A stretch of DNA of 61,697 nt, the filler included, from Stramenopiles sp. TOSAG23-2 (Eukaryota): NCBI GenBank assembly GCA_900128395.1. It is 17 parts of 17 records of this genome, joined end to end, with 100 filler letters (N's around TTAATTAATTAA, not from the genome) between each part and the next. Parts side by side here need not be neighbours in the genome. Positions count along the whole stretch, not along the records: positions 1 to 1,494 come from LT652787.1; positions 1,595 to 3,088 come from LT652788.1; positions 3,189 to 4,681 come from LT652789.1; positions 4,782 to 6,274 come from LT652790.1; positions 6,375 to 7,867 come from LT652791.1; positions 7,968 to 9,460 come from LT652792.1; positions 9,561 to 11,052 come from LT652793.1; 10 more parts are not named here. One strand, written 5' to 3'. The position numbers and the translations under genes were made by a program. Below, piece after piece: positions 1 to 11,152 of this stretch; position 1 is the first letter of the stretch; the number at the start of each line of letters is the position of its first letter. Under the pieces are notes generated by a model. The model was not told the origin of the DNA. It saw nothing but the letters and a program-made list of their open reading frames with translations, and ran no database searches.

Positions 1-1445
1 TCCGTTTGACTTACATTTTCCAATAAATTGAGGCAATCCATAGTTGCCCTTTCATTCGTCATAACACCTTCCTCCTTTAAAGCATACGTTAAAACTTTAT
101 TTACAGTTCCCTTCGCTACTATACCTTTTGCCGCTTCTTCATCCCCCGCAACAGCTGTAGACAAAATACTGATACCTTCAATCATAGCTTGGTTCCTCTC
201 AACTACTTTTTGCCTATCTTCAACCTCGCCATTATCTAGAGCGGTATGTTCATCAAAACAATGCTGTGTCAATACTTGCACAGTTACATTGATCATATCG
301 TTTTCTGCAAGTGCGGCGGCATCCATGGAGCTTATCATTTTCAACCCGCTAATAGCAGAGGATGCATCCGATTCGTCCGTTCCAAGAAGGGTTTCTTTGA
401 CAACGTTTTTTACAAGTTCTTCAACTCCTGCTGATTGAACACGATCTTTAATGGTTTCATAACCTACTTTTTTAATCATATTTCCAAGGGCTTGCATTCC
501 AATCTGTTGCACATGGTCGTTTTCAGGATGTTGTTTCATCTTCCATACGACCAATTCAATAGCAGTCTGTTCAACCAGTGCCTCGCTCATTGTTGTGGAG
601 ACCGCAGACGCATCCCTGATGCATTCTATAGACGTAATAGCACTATCCGGCTCGGTTCGTAAAACATTACACACCCATGCAGCTGAGTTCAACGAAGGGT
701 CCACCTCTTGATGTGAAGCATATTTGCCTAAACTTTTCATAGAGGAGTCCAAAAGATCCTTCTTCATTACCGGATCTTGAACTTGCCCTGCTTTTGATAT
801 GACAGTGACAAGAGCATGTGCCAATGGGATCTTTGAAGCAGTTTCAGCATTATCAGCATTGGTCAACGCAGATGTTAAAGTCTCCATTGTTTTTACCAAT
901 GTAGACAAATCTTCCTCGTTTATATCTTCAAACGATTGTTGCGATCCCTTGACAACATCTGTTGCAGAAAGCTCTATATCCTTGTTTGACATTACATGGC
1001 CTAATAATTTCGAGTATTCAGATTCTAGCGCCCGATCATTACCGCCCATGCCGAGCGAGTTACAAACAATTTCTTCACTATTCTGTCTACGCAATAAATT
1101 ACGGCCTTCCTCATCACCAGCAATTTTGTTTAGAGCTTTTGCAGAGGAAAATACCGCGTTGCTGAATGCGCGATCATCGCTATGTTTTTCAATTACTTGT
1201 AATAAGTATCGTCCAGCTCCTTTTTTAATTGTTGCCTCTACACCTTCTTTCTTCCCAGAAATTGCTAATAGCGTTTTAGTCGCCTCCCCTACTATATAAG
1301 CATTGTCGCCATGCGCTCGTAATGACGATACACATGCTTCCACACCACCCTCTTTTACCATTGTATCGATAGAATCTTCATCAGTACTTAACATGGCAAT
1401 AAATTTTAAACCAACTGATATAGACGTATCAAATGACGGATGAAA
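1..1445 (-). CDS. Armadillo/HEAT-like helical repeat protein, internal fragment (absent from ORF track)
   Basis: Manual translation of the minus strand gives an open frame with ARM-like repeats (MVKEGGVEACVSSLRAH, IELVVWKMKQHPENDHVQQIGMQALGNM). The plus-strand ORFs are antisense shadows. Confidence 0.75.
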
Positions 1446-1494
1446 GGGCAACTATGGATTGCCTCAATTTATTGGAAAATGTAAGTGAAGATGA

Positions 1495-1594
1495 NNNNNN
1501 NNNNNNNNNNNNNNNNNNNNNNNNNNNNNNNNNNNNNNTTAATTAATTAANNNNNNNNNNNNNNNNNNNNNNNNNNNNNNNNNNNNNNNNNNNN
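1495..1594. other. Artificial contig linker N44-TTAATTAATTAA-N44 (first of 16; others start at 3089, 4682, 6275, 7868, 9461, 11053, 12645, 14236, 15827, 17417, 19007, 20597, 22187, 48099, 60220)
   Basis: Identical 100-bp spacer carrying stop codons in all six frames. Flanking contigs are ordered by length (1494 down to 1490 bp). Confidence 0.99.
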
Positions 1595-2513
1595 TATTAT
1601 ACATATAAATAGCGTAGGAGACGCATAGTAAGAGAATAGCATTAGGAAGAGTAGAGGAAACTGTCAATCAGAGATTCGTTAAGATGTGGTGCCCAGAAGA
1701 GGTGCATAATGAATGAATACACATACATATATATTAATATATGTATGTGTAAGAGGATGTGGAGAGAGATATAAATATATAGAAGTACAGAGTGTATACG
1801 AGAAACGAGAAGTAATAATATCATAACTATATAGCGTAAACAATCACTATACTATTCACATACCAAGACGAAAATCTAGACAAATACTAGACAAATACTG
1901 GGGGCCGTATCAAATATCGGAATATATTAGAGCAGCAACACGACAGCAAATGCCGAGAAATAGTAAAGCAATTAAAGAAAGGAGAACAGGGAAACCAAAG
2001 ATTCACGAGAATGTTTAACTTGAATGAAAAGAATATCTTGGAGTATCAAGCAGTAGTTCGATTCCGAAAATCAGATAGATTTAATAGATTGGAACGACGA
2101 AAACCGCAAATTGTGATACCAGCTTCGATGGTAAATGACGTAATCGAATACTATAAACATACATTCAAACGAACGTTTATAAATAAAGTTCTAGAAAGGA
2201 AGAGAGGTAGTATTATACATATAAATAGCGTAGGAGACGCATAGTAAGAGAATAGCATTAGGAAGAGTAGAGGAAACTGTCAATCAGAGATTCGTTAAGA
2301 TGTGGTGCCCAGAAGAGGTGCATAATGAATGAATACACATACATATATATTAATATATGTATGTGTAAGAGGATGTGGAGAGAGATATAAATATATAGAA
2401 GTACAGAGTGTATACGAGAAACGAGAAGTAATAATATCATAACTATATAGCGTAAACAATCACTATACTATTCACATACCAAGACGAAAATCTAGACAAA
2501 TACTAGACAAATA
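1595..2513 (+). mobile_element. Miniature or internally deleted LTR retrotransposon (TRIM-like): 303-bp LTRs at 1595-1897 and 2211-2513
   Basis: Direct repeats that appear identical. PBS-like TGGGGGCCGTATC starts 1 nt after the first repeat (1899). Polypurine tract AGAAAGGAAGAGAGG (2193-2207) precedes the second. The internal frame EQQHDSKCREIVKQL...QIVIPASMVNDVIEYY resembles the Ty3/gypsy segment before the integrase zinc finger. Confidence 0.7.
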
Positions 2514-3657
2514 ATCTTCCTTTACCTTTACCTTATTCCTTATTCAATTCTGGATAATATATAATAATGTTTTCCAAAACACATCATTATAGAATCATAC
2601 GTTCATTCCCATTCAACAAAAAAAATAGATCTATATATAGGGATATTGTAGTTGGTAGTATATAAATATCCACATCCCCTTCCACTTGGTGATACCCGTT
2701 GTTTGATCGATCTAATTTATATTGTTGTCAAATTATACTATAAACGTGTTTAATTACATTTGCATGTGTATTAATACAACCATAGCATTTTCTTATACAA
2801 TCTAGACAATCACTGCTATCAGAAGTTTTTCCTTTCTTTTTTTTCTTGTTTTTTTCTTTTTTTTGAGTTGTCTCCCGCGGAATCTTCTTGAAGTCTTCTC
2901 CTTCTTCCCAGGAGTTGTCTCCCGGAATCTTTGTTTAGATTTAGATTATACGAAGAAGTTTCGGTACTATATACTATATTAAAATATATAAAATGTTCTC
3001 TTACTCATATATTATATAAATTTCTTTTACTCCCGTTCATTAACATCTCAAATCAAAAATGATTTTTAAATACTTATTTATTATACTGNNNNNNNNNNNN
3101 NNNNNNNNNNNNNNNNNNNNNNNNNNNNNNNNTTAATTAATTAANNNNNNNNNNNNNNNNNNNNNNNNNNNNNNNNNNNNNNNNNNNNAAATTGATGGCG
3201 GAGTATATTAGAAAAAAATGTTCACAAGGGAAGAAAACTTAAACACGATTTTTTATGATGAAGAAGTAAAATCAATTTACTCGTAAAAATAAAAAACTTT
3301 ATCATAATTTTAAATTAAATAAAATTTTAATATACTCGTATTTTATTAATATATTTTTATTTAAAAATATATTAAAATATTTAAGCTAAAAAAATAAAAA
3401 ATATTAATGTACACACTGAAATATATAAAAAACAAAATCTCGTATAAATTAGATAATACATAATATATATATATTATACTCTCGTACATTTTTTACTGAG
3501 TTAATTGTTTCACATAATGATTTGCACTTGGACTAACTTTAATCGAACCTGGTTCATCCTTAGCCCAATCTCTAACATACGTACTTTTAGCTCTTCCAAG
3601 CCCACCTTTCGGTGACAATGCACTACCATCAGTGTTTAAATTATCCTCGTACATTTT

Positions 3658-4681
3658 TTACTGAGTTAATTGTTTCACATAATGATTTGCACTTGGACTA
3701 ACTTTAATCGAACCTGGTTCATCCTTAGCCCAATCTCTAACATACGTACTTTTAGCTCTTCCAAGCCCACCTTTCGGTGACAATGCACTACCATTAGTGT
3801 TTAAGTTATCACCTAAACTATTTTCTGTTAATTGTGTTGATCCTTGTGTAGTTAAATTGTTTCCTAATGGTAATGTAGCAAATGATCCATGGCCTTGTGT
3901 CTTTGGAAATTGAGGTGGAGGCAAGCGCTTTAATGGTTCTTTTGTAATAAATGGACGATCACGGGGTGGTCTACTCGACATTTGACCAAGTGTTTCCCTT
4001 CGTTCTCGTGATGTTGGTTTATGTGGCAATGGTGCAGGTGTTGGATCTTTACCTTTCACGTTTGAACCCCAATCTGCAGCCTTAATTAATTTGACATTTT
4101 CATCATCCTCATCTTGCATACTTGTTTCTGGCAGACGTGCTGCCTGTGCAATTGGCGATGGTGGACCTATACCATCATCTTCTGCAAGCAATGCCAACAT
4201 GTCTGCATTTGATGCATCCATAGTTTCACCAACTTTTGTTTGAACCTTGTCAACATCATTCTCTGCCCCAACTGTAGTTTGCTCTTGGTCTCCAGCAGGC
4301 TGTGATACCATCGTTTGATGCATTTTATATGTTGCACGGCTCATTTTTTTCGGATCTTCTAACAATTGCGGACCTTGTTTTGCCCCATCACCTTCTTTCA
4401 GGGCAACTCCAGCTTGCACATCCATAATTTGAAGCAAGGATGGCTGTTGGGAAGTTGATTCTTTGAAAAATTCACCCCCCCCCCTCAGCATTTTCTGATG
4501 ATTGTCTTTTCTTTTTCTTCTTTTTGCTTTGTTTTTTAGTTGGTGATACTGTGCTAACTGGTGCAAGAATTTCATCATTACCACCTTGTATTGTGACATC
4601 CATTGAATACGCATATGGTGGCATTTTCTCTGGTTTCATTTGTTGAATAACAATAACATTACCATTCCTATCAAATACAAA
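3658..4681 (-). CDS. Hypothetical low-complexity protein, 5'-truncated, with apparent frameshift at poly-C 4475-4484
   Basis: 318-aa ORF. A different upstream frame (FVFDRNGNVIVIQQMKPEKMPPYAY...ENAEGGG) is open from the contig edge and joins at a 10-nt homopolymer. Confidence 0.55.
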
Positions 4682-5218
4682 NNNNNNNNNNNNNNNNNNN
4701 NNNNNNNNNNNNNNNNNNNNNNNNNTTAATTAATTAANNNNNNNNNNNNNNNNNNNNNNNNNNNNNNNNNNNNNNNNNNNNATGTCACCACCAATGTCAC
4801 CCAATGGTGCATCGCCACCATACCAGTAGATGAACACTCCACACATCGGTATTCGTCGATCTGGTAGTAGTGTGTGTGGTATGAATGGTGGTACATTTTC
4901 ATATTATGGAATGTCACCTAGTCCAAGTGCAAGTCCACCAATTGGGTAATGTCCCCACCAAATTGGGTATGTCACCACCATACCAGTGGATGGAAGAGAT
5001 GAGAGACGCGTACGCGTATAGTGTTAATATATTTATATAAAAAAACACAATTTCCTTTTTTTTGAGTAAACATATATAAAAATATATATAAGTTTGATGA
5101 TGATTTCTATCTTAGATTATATAAAGAGTAAATTAAAAGCATTTCTATTTAAATTATATAAATTCATTTATTTTTTTACAAGTGTTTTTTATATATACAT
5201 TTATGATTTTAAAAGAAA

Positions 5219-5485
5219 TTATTCACTGTCTTCTTTCAATCGTTTTAATGATACAGTTAATACTTTGCCATCTATAACATAATTATGCATATTATCAATT
5301 GCATTTGCTGCATCATTTGCTTCTTCATATTGTACAAATGCAAATGAATGATTATCTACTTTTTTAATACTCTGTATTGGTCCAAAAGGTATAAATAAAT
5401 TTTCAATTTTATTTTCTTCCAAATTATTAATATTCCCAACAAAAATGACACGGCGTTGTTTTGTCGCCAATGTCATGTCTGTCAT
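5219..5485 (-). CDS. Single-RRM RNA-binding protein (cyclophilin E/PPIE-like RRM, no PPIase domain)
   Basis: RNP2 IFVGNI, FIPFGPI, RNP1 SFAFVQY, DAANAIDNM. Confidence 0.8.
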   Translation of the reverse strand: MTDMTLATKQRRVIFVGNINNLEENKIENLFIPFGPIQSIKKVDNHSFAFVQYEEANDAANAIDNMHNYVIDGKVLTVSLKRLKEDSE

Positions 5486-5712
5486 CTTTCTTCTTCTTTC
5501 CAATATATATTACTATCTATTATATATATATATATGTATATATGTATATGTTTACTAATTTCTTTATCATATCTGTTCTACTGTGATGTTCTTTGTTCAT
5601 TCAAAATATAATTGATTTGAATTGCATTTTTATGCTTATAAATGACGTTGTTGTATGTGTGTAGACAGAAGAACAAAAAGAAAAAGTATAGATATCAAAA
5701 TCAAACAACACC

Positions 5713-6274
5713 ATGTTTCATATTAATAAAATATTAAAACGAACAAGATGGAAAAATGAACAAATGAAATATATTTCTACTACTACTACTACTACCAAGA
5801 CATCGTCTTCATCACCTGAAGCAAAAGAAATAAATGAATTAATGAAACGTTTACCATTTTATAAAGATAATATTGAACAACATATTACACAAATTGAAAA
5901 TGATGATTTAAACCGTGGAAAAATAGAATTTGCATTACCACCATCTTTAACCGTGGAAGAATGTAAAACAATAAATAATGTAAAATACAACACATGGGGA
6001 GATTATTTCATTGGTAGAAAATGGGATGAAAAATGCATCAACAATCGATTAACATTACAAACACTTAGTGGTGCGTTATCAACAACATTAACAATATATG
6101 ATGCAATTTGGTGGTCTTTCATGGAGAAAAAAAAAGAAAAAGAAAATATGAATAATAATAGATTGTTGTCTTCTTCTTCTTCTTCTTCTTCTTCACCATA
6201 TTATGAAATACATATAATCGGTGCTGCAAATGAAAATGAAGGTGCATTATTAAATTCTGGATGGGTGTTTGAAG
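5713..6274 (+). CDS. MSS51/ZMYND15-like protein, 3'-truncated, with a possible mitochondrial leader
   Basis: LSTTLTIYDA...IHIIGAANENE matches my recollection of the MSS51 C-terminal domain. The N-terminus is basic and Thr/Ser-rich. Confidence 0.55.
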
Positions 6275-7610
6275 NNNNNNNNNNNNNNNNNNNNNNNNNN
6301 NNNNNNNNNNNNNNNNNNTTAATTAATTAANNNNNNNNNNNNNNNNNNNNNNNNNNNNNNNNNNNNNNNNNNNNCTCTCTCTACTTACATAACTTCTTAC
6401 TTACTGTATCAAAAAAGTTTAATTCATTAATTTATTATTTTTTTAGTTCTTCATTATACCTGGTGGTACGTGCGTACTCTGTGTTCCTGTGATTGTGTCT
6501 CATGAGGCAAAATGCATGCAGCAAAATCATTTTTTATTAAGATACGAATACCATTGTAACATAGGAATAGAATTAATCCGATTAAGGGATTACCCCTCAC
6601 TGGTTTAAGGCCTTTTTAAATGACCCTTGTCATAATGCATCATCTTACCAGAACAATTTCTTTTGCCAATACAAGAATCTGTAGATTGTTTTTCAGCATT
6701 AGTATATTGCCTTTTGTAAACATCATTTTCATTACTGTTGGTATTTCTTTTTCTTTTGTTGGTTTCTTTTTTCTTGCATTGGCTCTTTTTGCTTTTACTT
6801 GCGTTGTTGTTGGTTGCAGCAATTGGACATCATCATTGTCATTATTTTCAATGATTGTATCTTCTTGCATCAATGTGATTGTTCAACAAGATCAGGCAGA
6901 ACCTCACAACAATGTTAGAAATTATTATTATGGTGCTAGCCAGCTGGCCAGCTAGAGCTAGTAGTCTAGCTAGCCCAGCTAGCTACTAGCTCGAGCTATG
7001 GTTTATGGGCTGCTGCTGTTACTCTGGACACCAGAGATTTTCCTTGCCAGCTTGCCAGTACCCTGACAAGGAAAACCTCTGGTCCAGAACGCCAACATCC
7101 ATTATGAATAGTGTTATTTTTTTCATATTTTTTAGTGTTTTTCCACTTTTTAAATAGGATCTTAGTCTTGGCAGTCTACAAAGGATTATTTTTGTTCTTA
7201 TTGTAATTAGTATAGACACCTATCAAAATGAAATAATATTTAAGGATTCTCGTCTAAAATGCCATGAAAACATAAACGTTCAGAAAAACAACATATATTT
7301 CAGATACAAACACATATACAAAAATATATATAGATACATAGACAGATATATTATAGAATATGATTAATTTAAATTAGATACTCTATGAGATAATTGTTTA
7401 TATCATGATTTTTATTATTAATATGTTATATATAATAATATAAATCCATTTATTGAAGACAACTGTTTATAAATTAAATAATACAAGATAAAATTGAACA
7501 GTTGCAAATGTTATTTATAAGATATATATATACTGCTACTAATAATAATATATGTATAATTAGATGTTAATTATGAAAATGTAATTGGTTATGTATTGTA
7601 AAAAGTTATT

Positions 7611-7691
7611 CAAACTGTCTCCAAATTATTGTTTCATTTGGTAGGAAATAATAAATCCTACCAAACAAGCTAAAAATTTCCAGACAGTTTG
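7611..7691. repeat. Imperfect palindrome (foldback)
   Basis: TTTGGTAGGA/TCCTACCAAA (7637-7665) and CAAACTGTCT/AGACAGTTTG (7611-7691) share the same centre at 7651. Confidence 0.75.
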
Positions 7692-8757
7692 TACAACTTG
7701 TTACAAACCATAATAAAGTCTGTGTGTATAAATCTACATTTAAAATTTTCATATCTATATATATACATCAATAAATATAAATACTGACATTCTTTGTCAA
7801 TAAAATAGATATGTAAAAGTTTCTATTAGTGTTCAATGCTATTCCCATACTATTCGCATTCTCAGGTNNNNNNNNNNNNNNNNNNNNNNNNNNNNNNNNN
7901 NNNNNNNNNNNTTAATTAATTAANNNNNNNNNNNNNNNNNNNNNNNNNNNNNNNNNNNNNNNNNNNNAAAAAAGAAAAAAGAAAGCAGCAGTTATATATG
8001 TTTCTTTTCAAATGTTTCTATATTTCAAAAAAAGAAAAAAAATGTTCAAAATGTACACACTAAAAAAAGAATAATAATAATCTTCAATTTTTTTTTCACG
8101 TCAATTCTTTATAATCAAAGTATATATATATATATATATATCGTATATTTTAAAAGATTTAAACCGATTCACGTAAAAGTAAGTTATCTCTCTCGTATAT
8201 ATATATATATTGTTCAATAATTATCTTTTTCATCACATTCTCTCTCTACACAAGAGACGACATCTATTTAATTTCAATTCTATTTTTCAAAATATTCATC
8301 CATTTTTTAGCTTCTTTTTCTGTTTGTTATTTATAACCGCTCCTCCTCCATATATGTCCATCGTATTCGCCTGTTGCCTGCCTTAGGGCATGGGCCTTGC
8401 CAGCTTGCCCAGGGCTTGCCTGGCTTGCCTGTTGCCTTGCCATCTAGAGGTAAATATACAGGCCCATAGCATTGTAATTTGTTAATAGCTAGCTCTATAG
8501 CTCTCTAGCTATACCGGTCTTGCCGCCGTTGGTCGTCCACTTCTTCGTACTTATTTAACTTGTGGTATACTAAATATTAGGAATTGCATCTATCAAATAT
8601 ATACAATGGTACGTCTATATCTATATCTATAGCAGGTGAATACGACAGACAAGGTTTTTGGAAATAGGCTCCTCTATCGCTTTTAGACTACAGTAAGTTA
8701 TAAGTACCTTCTACCTTTTTTACCTTCTATCGAGCTGTAATAATTCATCCCTTTCCA

Positions 8758-9082
8758 ATAGTGAATAGTGTTATATTTTGGATTGACCGCAAAAATATCA
8801 TTGAAAATAGTTCGGATATATATAAAACTAGATATCCCAAAATGGAAATCTTGGTAATTTAATGCATTGAAATCATAATTATATAGTAATAGAATTGATT
8901 TCATCTTAAATATTTTGACATTTAATTTCCTATTATAGATTTTCAGCAGATCAATAAAAATGTCTCTGTAAATCTGTCTATATATATATATACCATTATA
9001 GATTTTCAGCAGTATAATATACCTTAATACTATGCTTTGCTGCTCGCAAATGTACAGTTAACAAAATAACACTATTCACTAT
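8758..9082. mobile_element. Candidate MITE bounded by 17-bp inverted repeats ATAGTGAATAGTGTTAT
   Basis: Exact inverted pair at 8758-8774 and 9066-9082. The motif recurs at 16255-16289 and, degenerately, at 7099-7120. No clear target-site duplication. Confidence 0.45.
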
Positions 9083-9660
9083 GGGGGAAATATTGTATTT
9101 GACACGGTTTAGAGGGTAGCTAGCATTTAAGGTAGTTTGCTTAAGTAGTTAGTAAAAGTAGATTTAGTCTACATCGTCGACTGTAATTCTTGATATTACC
9201 AGGCACATACCACTATATTTAAAAATCATCTAATTTGAGTTTTTAATAATAAATGAATGAATAACAACAAGAAGGATAGAAAAGGTAGAGTTAGAAGATC
9301 TATTCACTATCCATCTCCGTCTACTGTATATAATATAACAACAATTCAATATATATGTAAAGAAAGATGGCAGATTTAAAGTCACCATTGAGACAAGCGG
9401 CGAAGTCGTTAGGATACGAACATTGGGATTTATTATTGGTGGAGGATAATTTACCATTTCNNNNNNNNNNNNNNNNNNNNNNNNNNNNNNNNNNNNNNNN
9501 NNNNTTAATTAATTAANNNNNNNNNNNNNNNNNNNNNNNNNNNNNNNNNNNNNNNNNNNNGAATAAAAATTTAACGATATTTGGATAAATAGGGTCAATT
9601 TATACTAAAAGAATACAAACTAATAAATTTAATAATTCCACAATAATTTTATTATGTGTT

Positions 9661-10260
9661 CTTTGGTGCTTCATACGAAATCGGTAGGCGTGTTTCACCG
9701 TATACTAATTTTTATTGTGATATTTATACTTAGGTATCTGATGTCAGAAAATATTATATTTTATTTTTAACTATTTATAATTTGAAAAATTACGGTGCAA
9801 TAATCGCCAATTAGTAGGTGTGTTTTTTAGTATACTAATTTTTAACTGTGTTGTTTGTACTTGGGTATCCGTCTCAGAAATTTTTTTGATGTTTTATTGA
9901 TAAAGTACACGAAAAATTCAATTATAAATAGTAATAGTGTTATTTAATTGACAAAATTATTTGACAAACTCAGTTTGTCAAAAAAAAATTATTTTTTACC
10001 AATTTTATTTTTAACTATTTATCATTTGAAAAATTACGGTGCAATAATCGCCAATTGGTAGGTGTGTTGTTTAGTATACTAATTTTTAACAGATGTTGTT
10101 TGTACTTAGGTATCCGTCTCAGAAATTTTTTTTTTGTTGTTTTTTTTGATGTTTTATTGATAAAGTACACGAAAAATTCAATTATAAATAGTGTTATTTT
10201 AATTTAATTGACAAAATTATTTGACAAACTCAGTTTGTCAAAAAAAAATTATTTTTTACC
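9661..10260. repeat. Non-coding tandem repeats (three ~90-bp units, two of them inside a ~245-bp duplication) with hairpin TTTGACAAACT-C-AGTTTGTCAAA
   Basis: Units near 9661, 9791 and 10036; hairpins at 9960-9982 and 10220-10242. Confidence 0.75.
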
Positions 10261-10929
10261 AGCCTATATATTTTATACTTAACACTACCAAGGCCTATTG
10301 CATGCTAAAAATACTATCCCCACTATGAGATAAAATATTTAAACATGTCCTATAAAAAAATTTACCAAATATATTAGCATGGAATTACAGGGGCGTGTGC
10401 CATGTAAAAATTATATCCGCACTATGAGATATTATATCTATTTTTATTTCTTTTCAACACAATATATTAAAAAATGAATACCTGGAATAATGATAAATAT
10501 AATATTATTATACTCCGTATAATATTTTTTATTATTTTTAAATATGCGCAATATATATTACGAGTTTAAGTATAAATAAAAGAGAATTTTTTATATTTTA
10601 CGAGTATAATAAATATTTTTAAAACTATATTTTTATTAATTTGATTTTTAATAAAATAAAATATTTATAAAATATGGAGAGCGCTGAGCTAAGAGTCAAT
10701 GAGAGGGTTAGAGAGTAGGGTATAAAAATTTNNNNNNNNNNNNNNNNNNNNNNNNNNNNNNNNNNNNNNNNNNNNNNNNNNNNNNNNNNNNNNNNNNNNN
10801 NNNNNNNNNNNNNNNNNNNNNNNNNNNNNNNNNNNNNNNNNNNNNNCGTGTGTTCCGACCATCATTGACCAAGTCATTCATTTACTCTCTTTTTGAGACA
10901 TCCATGTCAAAAATGTGCTAGTTTTTTAC

Positions 10930-11051
10930 ATTTTACGAATTTGGAAAAAAAAATTTCAAAAAAAGAAAAACGTAGGAACACGGAAGCCCCGGGCTTGCAT
11001 GTTCCTACGTTTTTTGTTTTTCGATTTTTTCCCGAATAAATCCGTAAAACG
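10930..11051. repeat. Long inverted repeat / hairpin
   Basis: AAAAACGTAGGAACA (10966-10980) pairs perfectly with TGTTCCTACGTTTTT (11000-11014) around an inner AAGCCC-C-GGGCTT stem. Imperfect arms extend to the contig end. Confidence 0.8.
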
Positions 11052-11152
11052 TNNNNNNNNNNNNNNNNNNNNNNNNNNNNNNNNNNNNNNNNNNNNTTAA
11101 TTAATTAANNNNNNNNNNNNNNNNNNNNNNNNNNNNNNNNNNNNNNNNNNNN

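Noticed and set aside
28-1299. Plus-strand ORFs of 136 and 166 aa, and similar Ser/Phe-rich ORFs opposite large genes
   Set aside because: Antisense shadows of real genes on the other strand.
1539-1550. Regularly spaced TTAATTAATTAA about every 1.6 kb, resembling a repeat array or piggyBac TTAA sites
   Set aside because: Always centred in N runs; a synthetic six-frame-stop linker. ORFs ending in X...LIN are artefacts of it.
4475-4484. Programmed frameshift at poly-C (also the shift near 48907)
   Set aside because: A homopolymer or single-base indel error is more likely in this assembly, and I saw no stimulatory structure.
4782-5000. Repeats encoding MSPP-like peptides
   Set aside because: No continuous frame, and too short at the contig edge to call.
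9661-10260. CRISPR-like array
   Set aside because: Units are long and degenerate, there are no unique spacers of constant length, no cas genes, and the context is eukaryotic.
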